Source: Hydrurus foetidus (lineage: Eukaryota). Taken from it: 35,747 nt of DNA. Below the pieces are notes generated by a model. That model was not told where the DNA came from. It was given only the letters and a program-made list of their open reading frames with translations, and did not search any database. The stretch lies in assembly GCA_900617105.1 (NCBI GenBank), contig UYFQ01000741.1, positions 1 through 35,747 of the forward strand, given 5' to 3'. The stretch's first letter is position 1, and each line of letters starts with the position of its first letter. A program made the translations under genes and the position numbers. Of the stretch, positions 1 to 14,085 are shown in pieces.

Positions 1-230
1 AGATGTGAAACAACGCAATGGATCGGTTCGATGATTCAATTTCCTCTATGATATGATACAATACGATACGATATAAGAGCAGGTATAATACAAAAAATGA
101 GAAATAAGGCATTAGCCACTGATATGATAAGGCACTAGTCAGCAAATATTTACAGCGCCTTGACCGAATCACTATTTCAGATGATCTTCCTAAACGACGA
201 CCATCTTTATTTAACATTTACATTTATGAT

Positions 231-364
231 AATTTTTCCTTTTTTATGCCCCATTTTTTCACCACTCTAATGTAAATACTCCATTAAGGCTAGATTTAAT
301 TTTTCCTTTTTTATGCCCCATTTTTTCACCACTCTAATGTAAATACTCCATTAAGGCTAGATTT
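231..364. repeat. Perfect 67-bp tandem duplication (2 copies)
   Basis: 231-297 and 298-364 both read aatttttccttttttatgccccattttttcaccactctaatgtaaatactccattaaggctagattt. Confidence 0.93.
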
Positions 365-373
365 AATTTTCAG

Positions 374-548
374 AGCGGGCCCATCGAAGCTATGGCAGCA
401 GACTGACGAAGACTGCTTCCTTTACTTTGATAATAGACAGTCGAGATCGGTATTCTGGCTCCCTCTCGAAGCCTCGAATGAACCGAAACGAAATAATCAA
501 GTGAAATCCGATCAACCAATTCATATGCAGCGTACTGCACGAACATGA
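374..548 (+). CDS. Possible terminal exon of an upstream gene encoding a degenerate WW-like motif
   Basis: Acceptor ttttcag| ends at 373. The frame from 375 reads AGPSKLWQQTDEDCFLYFDNRQSRSVFWLPL... to TGA at 546-548. W...D...YF.N......W.P resembles the WW consensus. Upstream exons were not identified. Confidence 0.3.
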
Positions 549-923
549 ACGGACACTCATAAATAGACGCAGCATATTAAAAGGAAATAGGCGCTGTATT
601 ACAAGTTCAATTACATATGCAATGTACATCAGTACAAATTTTCAGGTGTGTTCTCATTCCTGTGTCCTGTGTACATGAGATTTGAAATCGATATGCGTGT
701 GTGGGGAGGGGGGTTCAATCTCCTTACACGGTTTTCAGATCAGATTGAGGAATTAATCTGACGAGGGACGAGGGTTTGATCAATCGACTGCGCAGATACG
801 AATAATCGTTTCAGCATTCATTATTCATTCTTCTGCAAACGTTCAATTGGTTCATGTAAAAATCGTTCTGGTACCTTTTGCATAAGACCAAAAGATGCGT
901 CATTTTGAAACGAGAGAAGACAA

Positions 924-3900
924 ATGGGAAAGTTAGTCGTTACTTCAGCACTGGTTTTTGAGCACCAAACAAGTTCTACATCGATCATACAGAGAGCATA
1001 TCGAATTCATTACGCAAAAAGGCTTTTGAAAACAGCGAGAACCCTCAGCAGCCGAAGGAAGCTACAGGAAAAATATGTTGACGAGAGAAATGTTGTGGCC
1101 TTCTATTACGAGCAGCATGGGGCTGCACATCGAATTCAGAGATGGTTTCTGAGCTTAAGATGGTATAAACACCAACAACGCGATAGGCAATTGTCCAAAT
1201 GGATTCTTCGACATGCATTAGTCGCTCAACCGACTGTAAAACCATCTACAAAACGAAATGGGGTGGCGAAGATGATCAAAGGCCACTCTTGCTCCAGACT
1301 TTCCAAAACACCAGACATCATGGTGAGAAGTAAATATCATGCGGGACTATCGAAAAGGAGCAACCAGACTCTTACTGTAGCAGAAGGATGTGTAAAGTTC
1401 CAGAACGCAATCTTGCGTCCTAGGAGAAGTTTTCAATCAGGATTCCAAGGTATGAAGAATATAAAGAACTGAGATCTGATAGCTTGTATGGTCGCAATTT
1501 TATTAAGTGATGACTGTATTTGAAAGAGTTCAAGAAGAATTACTCAACACTAGCGATAGTGCTTTATAGATATTTCACTATGTCGTTATCAAATGTGATA
1601 GATTATGTTGATTATATTGTGGTGCTTGATATCATCGTAGTGTATTACTGCAACAGAATAACTTGTCCGAAAATGCACATTAATTCAAAGTGGAAATCAA
1701 ATAGTTATTTTAAGATTGCTCATACCTGTTTTCAGTCTGCACTCCGGACATTTCATTCTGTTTGGTAACACCTTTCTGCACTTGATAGATTTCAGATTTC
1801 CAAGAATATTGAAAGAAACTTTGTGAATTAAATTACACATCAGGCGAATATTCTGCAGAACAATTGGAAGCTGTTGACGTCATCATCAGAATCGTATGTA
1901 CGCACGTGAAACGTTCTCAGAACAGACAGCAAGTGTGTGTGAGCAGCGTCATCAGAATACAGAGTGTCATCAGAATGTTCCTCACAAAAAGACGCCTTCT
2001 GCATGAGAAGAACGAGGTAGAGAGAAGGAGTGCTGCGATACGAGTGTTGAGTGCTTTTCGACATCAATCTTTGTATGGTTGTAGAAGGAGGGAAATGAGA
2101 AGGATTAGAAATACCCTTAGGTGTCGGAATGAGTCGGCTGCCACAGGTGACAGTCGCAAGAAGCATTATTACCTTTATCTTTACGCCCTTCTATTTTCTT
2201 CTATTTTCTTCTTTTTTTTAGTCAATATGCACATTTATCGTTTCCTTCTTTTATCTTCTGTCTTTTTTTATTTACCCTATTTTATCTTATCTTGTTTTAT
2301 TTTGCTTTAATTTGTTGTATCCTATCTTATTTTAACTTATCTTATCTTATTTTATCTTGTTTGATCTTATTTTAACTTATTTCATTTTTCCTTCTTTCAT
2401 CTTATCTCTACTTTACTTTGCTCTCCGCTGCTACATTTCTACTCTACTCTGCTCTGCTCTGCTTATTCACGTCTGTTCTAATCGATTTCATTCTACTTCA
2501 CTTCATTATTTTGTCTTCTATTTTATTTCTCATTTAGGCTTACATCAATTCGAAGCTGCTTTGAAATCCCAAAGAATTGGTACAGTAGCCCGTATCTCGC
2601 ATAACATATCAAGAGTTCATATGTCTAGGATCGAAGTGTTCAACTTGATTTTTATTTTATTTTTTGTGCAATTTTGAAGTGCTTGTATTTTGTTACAGAA
2701 GAAAAAACTCCGAAAAAAAGTTGAAATATTCTATTGCATGATGTTGACAATGGCGATGCATTAGAACTTTTGAGGCTGATGCTGTTTCTTGGAAATATGT
2801 TGTTGTTTCTTACATGTTTTTCCATGCTATGCTATGCTATGCTATGCAGTTGTGTTGTAATGTATTATATTGTATTGTATTCTTTATTTCACTAATCTGT
2901 TCTGATCCGACGCGCTGTAAAATTAATTTTTCATTTTATTCTCCTCTCCTCACCCTTCATCATTCCAATCTCTTCATTTCTATTCTATTCTCTTCTCTTC
3001 TCTTCTATTTTCCTCTATTATTCTCCTGTTCTATATTCGACAGGATTTATATGGGACCAAGTGAAAAGATCGAAACAAATAGACAATGAATATTTTGAAT
3101 TTCAGAGATTTTTTAATTTTCACGCCACGCAAGGATTCCTAGATTTGTCTAAATTCCTACGATTAATAAAATCTTGTATAGGTTTATTAGATAATAATTT
3201 CACACTACAAGTCGTTGATTTGCAATTTAGTAAAATAAAAGCTCGAAATGAAAAAAAAATTAATTATGGCAGATTCCTCGAATTAGTTGCTAATTTGGGT
3301 GCCATAAAATTCTTAAATATTGATCCTACTTTTATAGGTTCGTATACAGGGACCCTGGACATAAATTCCGCAAATTATGCGCATGCAAATGTCACACTAA
3401 AAACACGAACTTTTTCAGCCGCAAACAAACGTCCCACTTCCACTTCATCTGTTACGAATGATGCATCTTATCGTACATCTTTACCTATCCTTTCTTCTAT
3501 TTCTCCTTTCTCTTCCTCCTCTTCTCCCTCTCATTCATACAATGATTATAATAATGGTAATAGTGATAATAATGTTGGCATGAACGATGAGAGTAGCCAT
3601 AGTTACAGCATCAAGAATAGTAGAAATCATACTCATAGTGATGATAATAAAGATTATAAGAACAGTAATGATAGTCACGATAATCAAGATATAGATAATA
3701 GTACTGATGATAACACAAAAAACACCCCTAACACTGTATCTGATCCGCATATTAGGGTTAAAGGTGCAAATAAAGTAATAGCTGAGCAAACGATATCTTC
3801 CTTTCGCTATGCTATGCTAAACGGAAAATCAGCTTTATTGATAAAATTCATTTTAGATTTTTTTCACGGTTTAGTGGAATATAAAAAAATCGTAAAAGAT

Positions 3901-6900
3901 ATTGATAATAAAGAAGAAAAATACGAAAACGAAAATACAAATTCACTCTCACATTCAGGGAAGAAAGAAAAGAAATTTTCTTATTCTGCATTCCGTCAAG
4001 CATTATCCGTAGTAGAGAAAAATACGGAAATTATCCAACGGTTTTACATATATTACCGTTATGTAAGAAAAAAACGTGATAAAGTAGCAAGATTAAAAAA
4101 AGAGAATATTGAGTATGTGATGTTATGTGCGTGTATTCTAATTCAAAAGAAATACAGACAATATGTTGGTATACTGATTGCCATGAAGAGAAGTCAAGAA
4201 GTATTTCGGAAATACATAGATTTAGAAACGAATGCAGAATTTTGGTATAATCCTCGTACACGGAAATCCTTTTGGAAAAAACCGAAATTGCTTCAAAATA
4301 CGGATTCTGGATATCCCATTCTGATGCCTAGTAAAGATGAAGAATTCATTGAATCTTGTACTATATGCGACACAAGACAAGCGAAGTTATTTTGCCATTT
4401 ATGCAATATCTCCACGTGTCGTAAGTGCTACCAGAACATTCATAAAAGTAAGAATTTGAAAATGTTTTTCTTCCTTCTGCATATTTCAATTTTCATGACA
4501 GATTATCTTTTTATTTTGAACACATTTTGATCTTACACATTCTCATCTAATCGATACTATTCTAATTTAGCTTTGGTTCCATCTTATTCGATGTTATTAC
4601 ACACAACACTTCAACCTATTCCTGTCACACTCTGTGCTTTCATTTCTATTTGATTACACTAAATATCATTTTTAAGATTCCATACTTCTTCCCTTATCAA
4701 TTCTGTTTGATTTTATTTATTCCATCTATTGTATTTTTTACATTCATTGCATCAACTTTGAATCTGTATTTTTATATTCGTATATTCGCACGTACGTACG
4801 TGCACAGGTGAGGCGCGTCAAGGCCACGTGCCATTTGAATTGCCTGCCTGTGTGCAATGCGAATTCCAGGTAAACAGGAAAGAAGAAATACAGTGAAGAG
4901 GAAAGAGAGGAAGAGATGTGATGTGATGTGATTTGATGTGATAAATTTAACAAAGTAAAATGGTTAAATAAAGCGAGTAAAGGTAAGGTGAGGTGATATC
5001 AGATGAGATAAGAATAGAATAGAGTAATGTAGAGTAGAATAGAGTAGAGTAATTTAGAGTAGAATAGAGGAAAGGAGAGGAGAATAGAGAGAGAATAGAG
5101 GAGAATAGAGAGGAGAATAGAGTAGAGTAGAGTAGAGTAGAGTAGAGTGAGTAGAGTAGAGTAGAGTAGAGAGAGGGTAAAAAAGGAAAAGAAGAATAGT
5201 GATGAGACAAATCTATACTGCACTACACTATGCTATTACGCTAAGTCCTCTTTGTCTGAATACGACCCTCTTTTTCTATGCAGATGAGTAGTAAGTACTG
5301 CATACAGAGCGAAGATTTTTACTGCGACAACTGCTACACTTTCATGCACAGCAAAGGAAGACTTTCTATACACAGCTATTCAAGAGCGGGTAAGTACTGA
5401 CTTAATATTTTTTATCTTCCTATGTGCCCTTCATTCAAAGAAGATTCTGAATCTTTTTTATGTATCTCATTTGAAAATCTTTTCCGATTGATTTTTATTT
5501 TTTTTTCTGCTTTTTGATTCTGTAGTATTTTTTATTATTCATTCCGTTTATTATTTGGAGTTTTATGCAGTAATTTATTAAGTATAATCTTATCTGATCT
5601 TATCATTTATACTTATCTGTGGTAAGTTCGTTACCGTGTACTGATTCCTATAACTGTCTCCACTGATCAGTGTAATGCAGCACTAAATAACTTACATTAC
5701 GTACTTTACAGGTGATGCTTGTGACTCTTGTCATGTACGTACTGCGCAATACAGACGTACAGACACAGCACAAGATGTTCTCATTTTACAAAAACAGAGT
5801 AAAACAATTCTTTAAAATAAAAACGAAAATGAAAGTGAGAACGAAATTGAAATTTTCAATGAAAATGAAAATGTACATCCAAGTTTAGAAATGGTATCAA
5901 ATTTGGACAATAAAAAAGTCCTCAATAACCTATGTCTGGCATGTCATAAATATTATTTCGGTGATCCTAACTACTACATAAATTACGCCGCTAAAACTAA
6001 CGGTTATGCCGGAAAAACAGTATATTTATCTCCTGTGGAAAGAATCACCTTTCGTGGTTTGGCTGCAAGGAAATTGAAGTCCAAATTAGATCACAAAGAA
6101 TCGCTCAAGGCGATGCAATTCTTTTATAAAAAAAGGTAGTGTTGAAAGTAGTGATAGAGGTAGTGGTAAAGGCAGTGGTAGAGGGGTGGTATTAGTCTTA
6201 GTGGTTCATCAATTAACTATTTTACTTTTTACTTTTGAAAAGATTTAAATGACGGACAGTACATTAGTTGTTTACAAAATTTTGCGTCGCTTGAATAATT
6301 CATTTTTTACTATTCTTTTTTAATTTATAGAATTACCAACTTTCAAGTATATGTCACTATCCAAATCCGATTTGACATTATCCTTCCGGACGTGACTTTT
6401 TCCTTTGATTTCCCTTTTCTTTATTCTTCTATTTCTCCTTTCTTTATTCTCTTTCCTTTTCTTCCTCACTTCTTTTTCTCTTTTGACTTATCTTCCTTCT
6501 TCCTTCCTTTCTTTCTCTTTCTTCCTCGACTCATCTCTCCCCTTCTTCCTCCTTCCTTTATTTCGACCTCATCTTCTCTTCCTTCCTCGTCCTTCTCTTC
6601 TCACTCACCTCTCCACTCTCCTCCCCTCCTTCTTTCTCTTCTTACTGCTCATCCTCTCAGGGTTGCTGAACTTCAACACAAAAGAGAAGAGTGCAGCGTC
6701 ATCACGATACAACGCGTATACAGAGGATTCGCAAACAGAAAGAAACTCCGTGAATTCATAACTGAAAGAAAAACATACTACACTATTCGTCTGCTTGAAA
6801 ACGAAATCCGTGATACTTTTTTATACGGTTTCTTGGAGTTTTTCGGATTTGCGCCAATTCTTATATCCGACACTCCTTGCGAAAGAATTTTCAAACAATA

Positions 6901-9900
6901 TCCAAAATACGCACATGCCGTAATTTCCGGTACAAATCGGCCAAATTAGTCGTTTATTTACGATAAAAAAAAAAACTTTTTACTTGGTAGATCTAGTAGG
7001 TTACGCATTTAGTATTTACTTTTTTCATTCATTTCTTGTTCCTTTTCTTGTTTCATTTCTTGATTATCTATCCATTTATTTGATTACAAATTTGTTAGTT
7101 CGAGTGATCGCTTTTTGCACGGTCTTGTTATTTTACCGTCAAGCGTTGAGAGGATTTCTTTTCTTTCCTTTTCTTTTCCCCCTCTTCTCTTATATTCCTT
7201 GTGACATTTCTTCTCTACTCTATCACAAATCCGAACTATTCGATTTATTCTTTACGAGAGTGAACTCATACATTTATTTAGTTCATTATTAATCCACCTC
7301 CTCAGCACTTTTTTTTTTTCGTACACTTTTATACATTAGAGTGCATTGATAAACAGTGGACCATGGCCTGTAAATTCCAGAAAGAGCAAGAAATTCATAC
7401 AGAACATGCGAAACAAGTACTGCTCGACATGAAACTGAAAAAGAGATTGCAGAAATCAAAAACCGTCAGCCAAAAAACGAAATCTGAATTACCATCTAAT
7501 TCACAAGATTTTCAACGGAAAGAAAAAGAAAGAAACTCGTTTTCCCGCTTTACTTCGTATTTAGAATTTCGCAACATCCCAATTTCGGAAGATCAAATCA
7601 GAAAGAAAGCAAAGGAAATTTGTAAAAAAATGCACGGGCCAGAATTTTTAATTCTTTTGGAGGAAATATTCACTTTATCAGAAAAAAAAATAAAAGCATA
7701 TTTTATGGAGGCAAAAATATTGGACGCTGAAAGAAAATTACTAGTGAGTGAAGGACAATTAAAAACGGCAAATGCGATAAGAGAAAGAGCAGAGCTGGGA
7801 TTACAACAGGTAAACATGATTATGAAACACACTTATCGAATGATATAAAAGGGTCAAAACAAAACAACCCTTTGCAGTGCTAAATTTATCGAAATTATCA
7901 CATTAAGTCACAATTTCAAGCTCTGAGCATCAAATAGGACTAATATGGAGGAATTGTGAATGGAGGAGGGGTGTCAGGGTTAGAGTTCTGAACAAAAATG
8001 CAGATCCATTTTACTTGCTTTCTACCTTTCTTTTCATCTGCTCACTGGCAGTACGAATGAGTTACTTGTAATTACTATCTCACTTGCTCACTAATTAACT
8101 TGTGTACTTTTTGGCTTTCATAACTGCTCATATTTCTCTTTACTTCACGATTGCTAGCTCGAGATCACTGACTCACGACACTTACATATACACATACATA
8201 CACATATACATACATACATATATACATACATACATACATACACACGCACATACATACATACATACACACATACACACATTTATACACACACTCGCACACA
8301 CACACCCCTACACACCCTAACACCATTGCACACACACTCACACTCGTACGTACGTACTAGGCCCGATCTGAGTCGTCTCCAGGGGTGACATCTAACATCA
8401 AGGTGGAGAGGTACCAAAAATCCCTGGACCTGTGTTTGGAATCTGAGACGGCTGCTATCTCGAGGGTAAGAAAAGTGTTACACTTTGTTTGTTACACTAT
8501 GCGTGTTACACTTATGTCTTACGAATTGTTTTTTACACGATTTTTCTTACATTATATTCTTGCAATTTGTTTGTTTGTTTGTTTTTTGTTTGTTTGGTTG
8601 GTTGGTTGGTCGGTTGGTTGATTGGTTTTTGTATGCATGCACGTATGTGTGCTGTATGCATGCGTAGGTCTGCTTGTCATTTAATCATATCTGCAAAAGT
8701 GTATGATTTACTTATGTAGCACCTCATTTCTGAATTAATCTTCCGTTCAGCACGCACTACAACGACCAGCAATTATAATGAAACGCCATCAAATGTAATT
8801 TTCCCGCATCATATACTTATATCTAGTAATGACATTTACATCGAACTTTCAGGTGGAATTAAATCGTACTGATTTAAAAAAGAAAATAGATGAAAATCAG
8901 TCTTTCCAAGGACCAAGAAAACTTGAGAAAATGATAATTGAAAAAAGAAAAAAAGGAGTTCTTCTTCCTTTTCGAGTTAATGTCTTCCGAGGAAGAACTC
9001 TTTTATTGTCCGACTTTGATGGTGATAATAATTGTGTGTATGATGGTTGGGGTGCAGTTGATGGAGGTAGGAGTCATGAGGGTGTGTGTGGCGAAGATGA
9101 TATTGCAGTTGGTGCTGAAGGGAGGAGACATGTAGACGGTATTGAAGAGAGGCAGTACACAAGTGATGGCGTAGATACTGGTGTAGAAAATAACAAGTAT
9201 GGTAAAAATGCTAATAATAGTAATGATGATAATAATAATAGTAAAAGTAGTAATAATAGTAATGATAACAATGATAATGATAATAATAACAATAATAACG
9301 ATAATGGAGATGGCAATCGAACTCGTAATGATTACACTCAAAGTCATTATAGTCAAGTGAAGTGGAGAGATTATCTAAAAGAAGGGGACGAAATAATGAT
9401 AGAGAATGTAAGACTAAAAATAATGAAAACAGCACCAAAAACAGGAGATGAAATGATAACAAAATTTAATCAACTCGATAAATATTTAATGAAGAAAAAA
9501 AAAGATTACAAAAAATCAAAGCTTAGAAAAAGTGAACGAGAAAGTTATGGTAATTCACAAAATGACACTTTATCAAATGATTACGCTCTCTATGCCCCAA
9601 GTAGAAAAAAGAAAGTGACAAATATAGGCGAGAACATTTTTAATAGTACCAATAAAATATCACCCGAAGTTAGTTCAGATGGAAAAAATAAAAGAGGAGG
9701 AAGAAAAGGGAGAAGGAGTGGTCAAGAGAGGAAAGAGGGAGAGAGTGATGATGATGAGAGTGAGGTGGAGAGTGAGGTAGAGAAGGACTCAGGAGATGAT
9801 AGCAGTGGGACAGAGAGTGGTGGTGATAGTGATTCTGACAGTGACAGTGACAGTGAGGACGCGATGTATTCGAAGAAATACACTGAAGTACAACACACGG

Positions 9901-12900
9901 TAAGATACTTAGCTACATACATGTGTATGCATACCTACATACTTACGTACATACCTGTCTAAATTATAAATACACTTTTAGATACACATTCACCCCTCTC
10001 CTCATACACGTACGCGCGAAGACAGACATAGTCACCCTGACTCACACACACACACACCCACACTCATACTCGAGTGTGCATTCGCATTCAATCATACTTA
10101 CACACATGCACACTTACACCGACTCACATACAGTGATGCAGATACCACGTCAGATGCACTTACAATCTGATAGAATTATTTTCAAGACATCTCTAACAAC
10201 GCTGGAATTCCAATTGTCATTTAAATTACGGATCATGGTATTTTAGAGTGGATGTTAACTATCGATAAAGCAAATAGCATTAATTCGGTACAAATTAGGA
10301 TGATTTTGGTTCAGAATCCTGCCCCCTATCCCCCTCCCTCACACACTCGCATTCTCAGCATGCTCCATTTTAATCCGATCTAAGAAGTTTCATCCATTTT
10401 GCGAAGTAAGTCGATCTTCTTCTTTTTCATTTCTAGGAATTCTGCATTTCCGTTGATCGTCCCTGGCCCCTTAGGGATGGAATTGGTATGAAAGTCTACA
10501 AGGCAATTCCGCTACCCGCTCTACTGCGGCCCATCAGAAGAGTGAGTAGAACGTATTGCATTGTATAAAGTACAGTAATAAAAATTATTATCTTTTATTT
10601 ATTTATTTATTTATTTATTTTTTAATTTCATATCTGTTTTATTTCTATTTTATTCCTATTTCATTTCTATTTTGTTATTATTTTAGGCTATATTTAGTGC
10701 CGTTCGTTTCTCCTCTTGCATAACATAACGTTACATTACACTGTGTTGCAGTATCATGTACAACATCACATCGTACTTCCACACATTCTGTATCTATATG
10801 CATCCAGTGGCTTGCACGATAGAGTCGTGCTATCACAAGACTCCAAGAAATTTCACAGTCTTCACTTCTACTTGTTAGTCCTAACCAATTCTCTTTCTTT
10901 TCCTTTTTCAACTTTCTCTCTGTCTTCTACTCTTTCTCTTTTCCTTTCACCCTTTCACCTTTCACCTTTCTTCTGTTCTCTTCAACTTCTTTCACTTGTA
11001 GACTGCACAATTTATACGGAATATGTATCCTTGTCAAAAAGCCGTGGCCGTGTCTGCCGTTACCCTGCATACTGCGGCACAGGGCCTTCTTCTTTTGGCC
11101 GGAAATTTCGAAATCGACAGTGCAACAGGTCAGTTTTGTAAGGTGATATCGTGTGATGTGGTGTAGTGCAGTGTAGTGTAGTGTAGTGTGGTGTGATGTG
11201 ATGTGATGTGATGATAATGTGGTATGGTGTGATGTGGTGTGGTGAGGTGAGGTGAGGTGAGGTGAGGTGAGGTGAGGTGAGGTGAGGTGAGGTGAGGTGA
11301 GGTGAGGTGAGCTGTGGTCTGACGTATGATAATGAGTTGTGATATGGTGTGATGTAGCGTAGTGTCGTGCCATTCAGTGTGATGAGTTTCATTTTATGAA
11401 ATGTGGTATCGAGTAAGATGAATTGTGGGAGTTGCTTACAATCTCGATCCAGCGCAAAACAATCGCACTTTACAATGTAACACTTCCCACTTATCTTCAT
11501 CAGCGCACTCAGCTTTACTCACAAGTTGTTACCTCACAGCATCGCACTGTCCCTTGCCTTCCTGCTTACACCTCCTTTCAGCAGTTTTCTGTATTCCGTA
11601 TTATCTTTGCATTACTCGCCTCTCTCTCAATCCGTATTATTGTGCTCTCCCCGACACAGAGGTCTACGCGATCAAAGTGAACGATTGTAGAGTATATAAT
11701 GGTTTGGTCATCACGAAGAGAAAGTTTGATTTACCATTGTACGCTATACGAATATGAGAAGACAACCTTTATGTTATTCCGTATTCTGTATTCTGTATGC
11801 AGGCGCATCTTTAAGGGCAAAGGCGGGTATGCTGGAAAGACAGAGAGATGAATGTCTCAAACAAAGCCTCACGGTACTGTCTATGTTCCTAGATCTCCAA
11901 CTTTTCTGTATTCCGTATTTCAGACCCTAAACCCTAGCCCCTCCCCTCACTTTACACAATGAGAATATGATTGCGCAGATCCTTACCCGGAGACGAATCA
12001 TGAGTGTCACTTTAGACACTTGGAACTTGACATCTAGTGATATTTTATTCTGCCACAGATGTGCCTCCTCTTTGACGCTACTATTCTGCCTGATAAAGAA
12101 TTTTTAATAAATGATTTTTATATCCGTGTAAGGTTGTCGCAATGACCAACTTTTCATCCATCAGAAAAGACTGCGAGAAATCATGTCGGAGAATTTGCAA
12201 GACTTTGCTATCAAAAGTAAAAGTTGCGAAAAAACACGCGAAAATCTTTATTTCTGGCAAGTTTTATTTTATTTCTTTTATTCATTCGAAGGAACTTGAT
12301 CTCGAGTACCACATTTACAGCTCCTAACTAGTAATACGAGCAATAAGCTGTGACTGTTATTGTATTAAGAATATCGTGCGAAATTGAGTCAGAACGTCGT
12401 ACCTTTTTTTTATTCGATTTTCTTTATTCTTGTATTAAGTTCTTCTCTGTGCACTTTTTTTCTTCTTTTTTTTCCCTTCATTTTCTCAATCTTTATCTTT
12501 GTCCATATTTTTTTGTTTTTCTCCGTCTTTTTTTCATTATTTTTCTGTTTTACTAATACTAACCTACATACGCAACTGCACGTGTACGTACGCGCAGGGA
12601 TGACAGTAAGTCCGTACGACCAATGGGAAAGAAAAATCTACAACAAAACAAGCGTTCTTTGTTTGATCCAGGTGAGTGAGTAGACGACAGACACTTGACA
12701 TATCAGAGAGCAGCACAATGAAACTCATCATGTCAAGCATGGAACTGTGCGATGTAACTCATTTTGGCAAAATATGACATTTTACAATGCATTTCGCAAC
12801 ACCTCACTTTATAGCACTATATTGCATTACATTGCGTCATATTACGTAGTATTTTATCGTTGTCACTTTAAAGCATATCTCAACACAATGACTTATCTCA

Positions 12901-13610
12901 TTTTTTTCACCATGTTTCTCTTGTTACCCTTTATTTTCTAATATTTTGGCCTTTTCTTTGCAAAATTTCCTATCATAATATTCCTGGTTTGATTTCATTC
13001 TTCGTCTATTTTATTCTTATTTTTATTTTTATTCTTACTCTTATTTTTACTTCTTTTCATTATATTTCATAATTAGTTGGACTCCACTTCATTTCGACCA
13101 GTAACAAGTCCCCTGGGAGAAATAGAAATAGACTTAAACGCACCTTGCGATGTACTGCGCACGTACCTACATCGGAATTTTAGGGATAAATTGAATGGCG
13201 TGTGTGGAGATTCGTTTCTATTTATTTCCCCTACTGCCAAAGTTGAAACGGATTTTAACACCGGTTATAAAAGTAGTACTAAAAATAACAGTATTAAAAC
13301 CAACAATAATAATAGTGATAATAAAGATAATGTTAATAAAGATAATGATAGTAATGATAATGATAGTAATGATAACAACAACAGCAACAAGAATAGCAAC
13401 GGAATAACATTCCTACCGCGCTACCTCGAAAACAGAACATTCTGCAAAGCAGTGGCGCCCTACTCTACAGAACCCAGAACTCTTGTTGGCCGGTTCACCG
13501 TCATAATTATACCGGAAAAAGGAAAGAAGAAGAAAACCATACATCGCCACAGAGCGAATGATGAAGAGTTGGCAGAACAGGAAATTATAGATGGGAAATT
13601 TCTGAAATGA
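924..13610 (+). CDS. Multi-exon gene (~1900 aa): IQ motifs, p25-alpha/TPPP-like domain, WW domain, B-box zinc fingers, low-complexity N/D/E/S inserts
   Basis: Phase-consistent exon chain: 924-1449, 1844-2146, 2538-2579, 3044-4447, 4808-4869, 5284-5389, 5712-6135, 6661-6929, 7340-7809, 8361-8465, 8853-9899, 10437-10541, (10687-10701), 11002-11128, 11803-11873, 12133-12256 (GC donor), 12598-12671, 13077-13610. IQ motifs: IQRAYR, IQSVIR, IQKKYR, IQRVYRGF. p25-alpha-like: LDLSKFLRLIKSC...VDLQFSKIK...KINYGRF. WW: FRKYIDLETNAEFWYNPRTRKSFWKKP. B-boxes: CTICD..CHLC..CRKCYQNIH..H and CVQCEFQ..CIQS..YCDNCYTFMH..H, assembled across splice junctions. One in-frame TAA at 5813-5815. Confidence 0.85.
4985..5175. 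repeat. Intronic pentanucleotide microsatellite (AGAGT/AGAAT)n
   Basis: Runs of agagtagagt and agaatag. Confidence 0.9.
8185..8345. repeat. Intronic (CATA)n/(CA)n microsatellite
   Basis: catacatacata...cacacac tract. Confidence 0.9.
11150..11310. repeat. Intronic compound microsatellite (GTGTA/GTGAT/GTGAG)n
   Basis: Long pure gtgag array at about 11242-11311, preceded by gtgta and gtgat units. Confidence 0.92.
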
Positions 13611-14085
13611 AAAATTTCTTAATTTTTTATATGGCAATTAAGATTTTTCTTTCTTTTTGTATTGAATTGTTCAGACAGTCTTTTCCTTTTTGTTAATTTT
13701 TACTTCATTGACTTATTTGGTAATATGTGACGTAATCTTATTTCTTATTGTATGACGCGTTTGTGGAATACTTTAGCTATAAATATTTATTTTTTCAACC
13801 GGGAATTGAGTGTTTGAGACTTAAGGGTCTGTAAAGCTGTAGAAGCCGTGAAGGGGAAAAGTTGAGAACTTCACGGATGACGCAGATTTTGCTTGAACTA
13901 AGCTTACTGGTTACAGGAGGTGATGATATGATGAAGTTGATGTGATTTAAAATAAGGCCATTTGGACGACAAATTAGCGATTAATGACGTGCAAGACATG
14001 AAAAGGCCGTGTACCCGTGAAGTACGGAGTATTTCACGTGTCAAAGGTAGAATATACCGGACTTACCGGATAGATACGGACAATC

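Noticed and set aside
4947..11500. Many short ORFs with YSTLL, HTHT, PHLTS, IIII repeats
   Set aside because: Translations of intronic microsatellites or antisense of low-complexity exons.
11925..11937. ccctaaaccctag telomere-like motif
   Set aside because: Fewer than two full units; compatible with chance.
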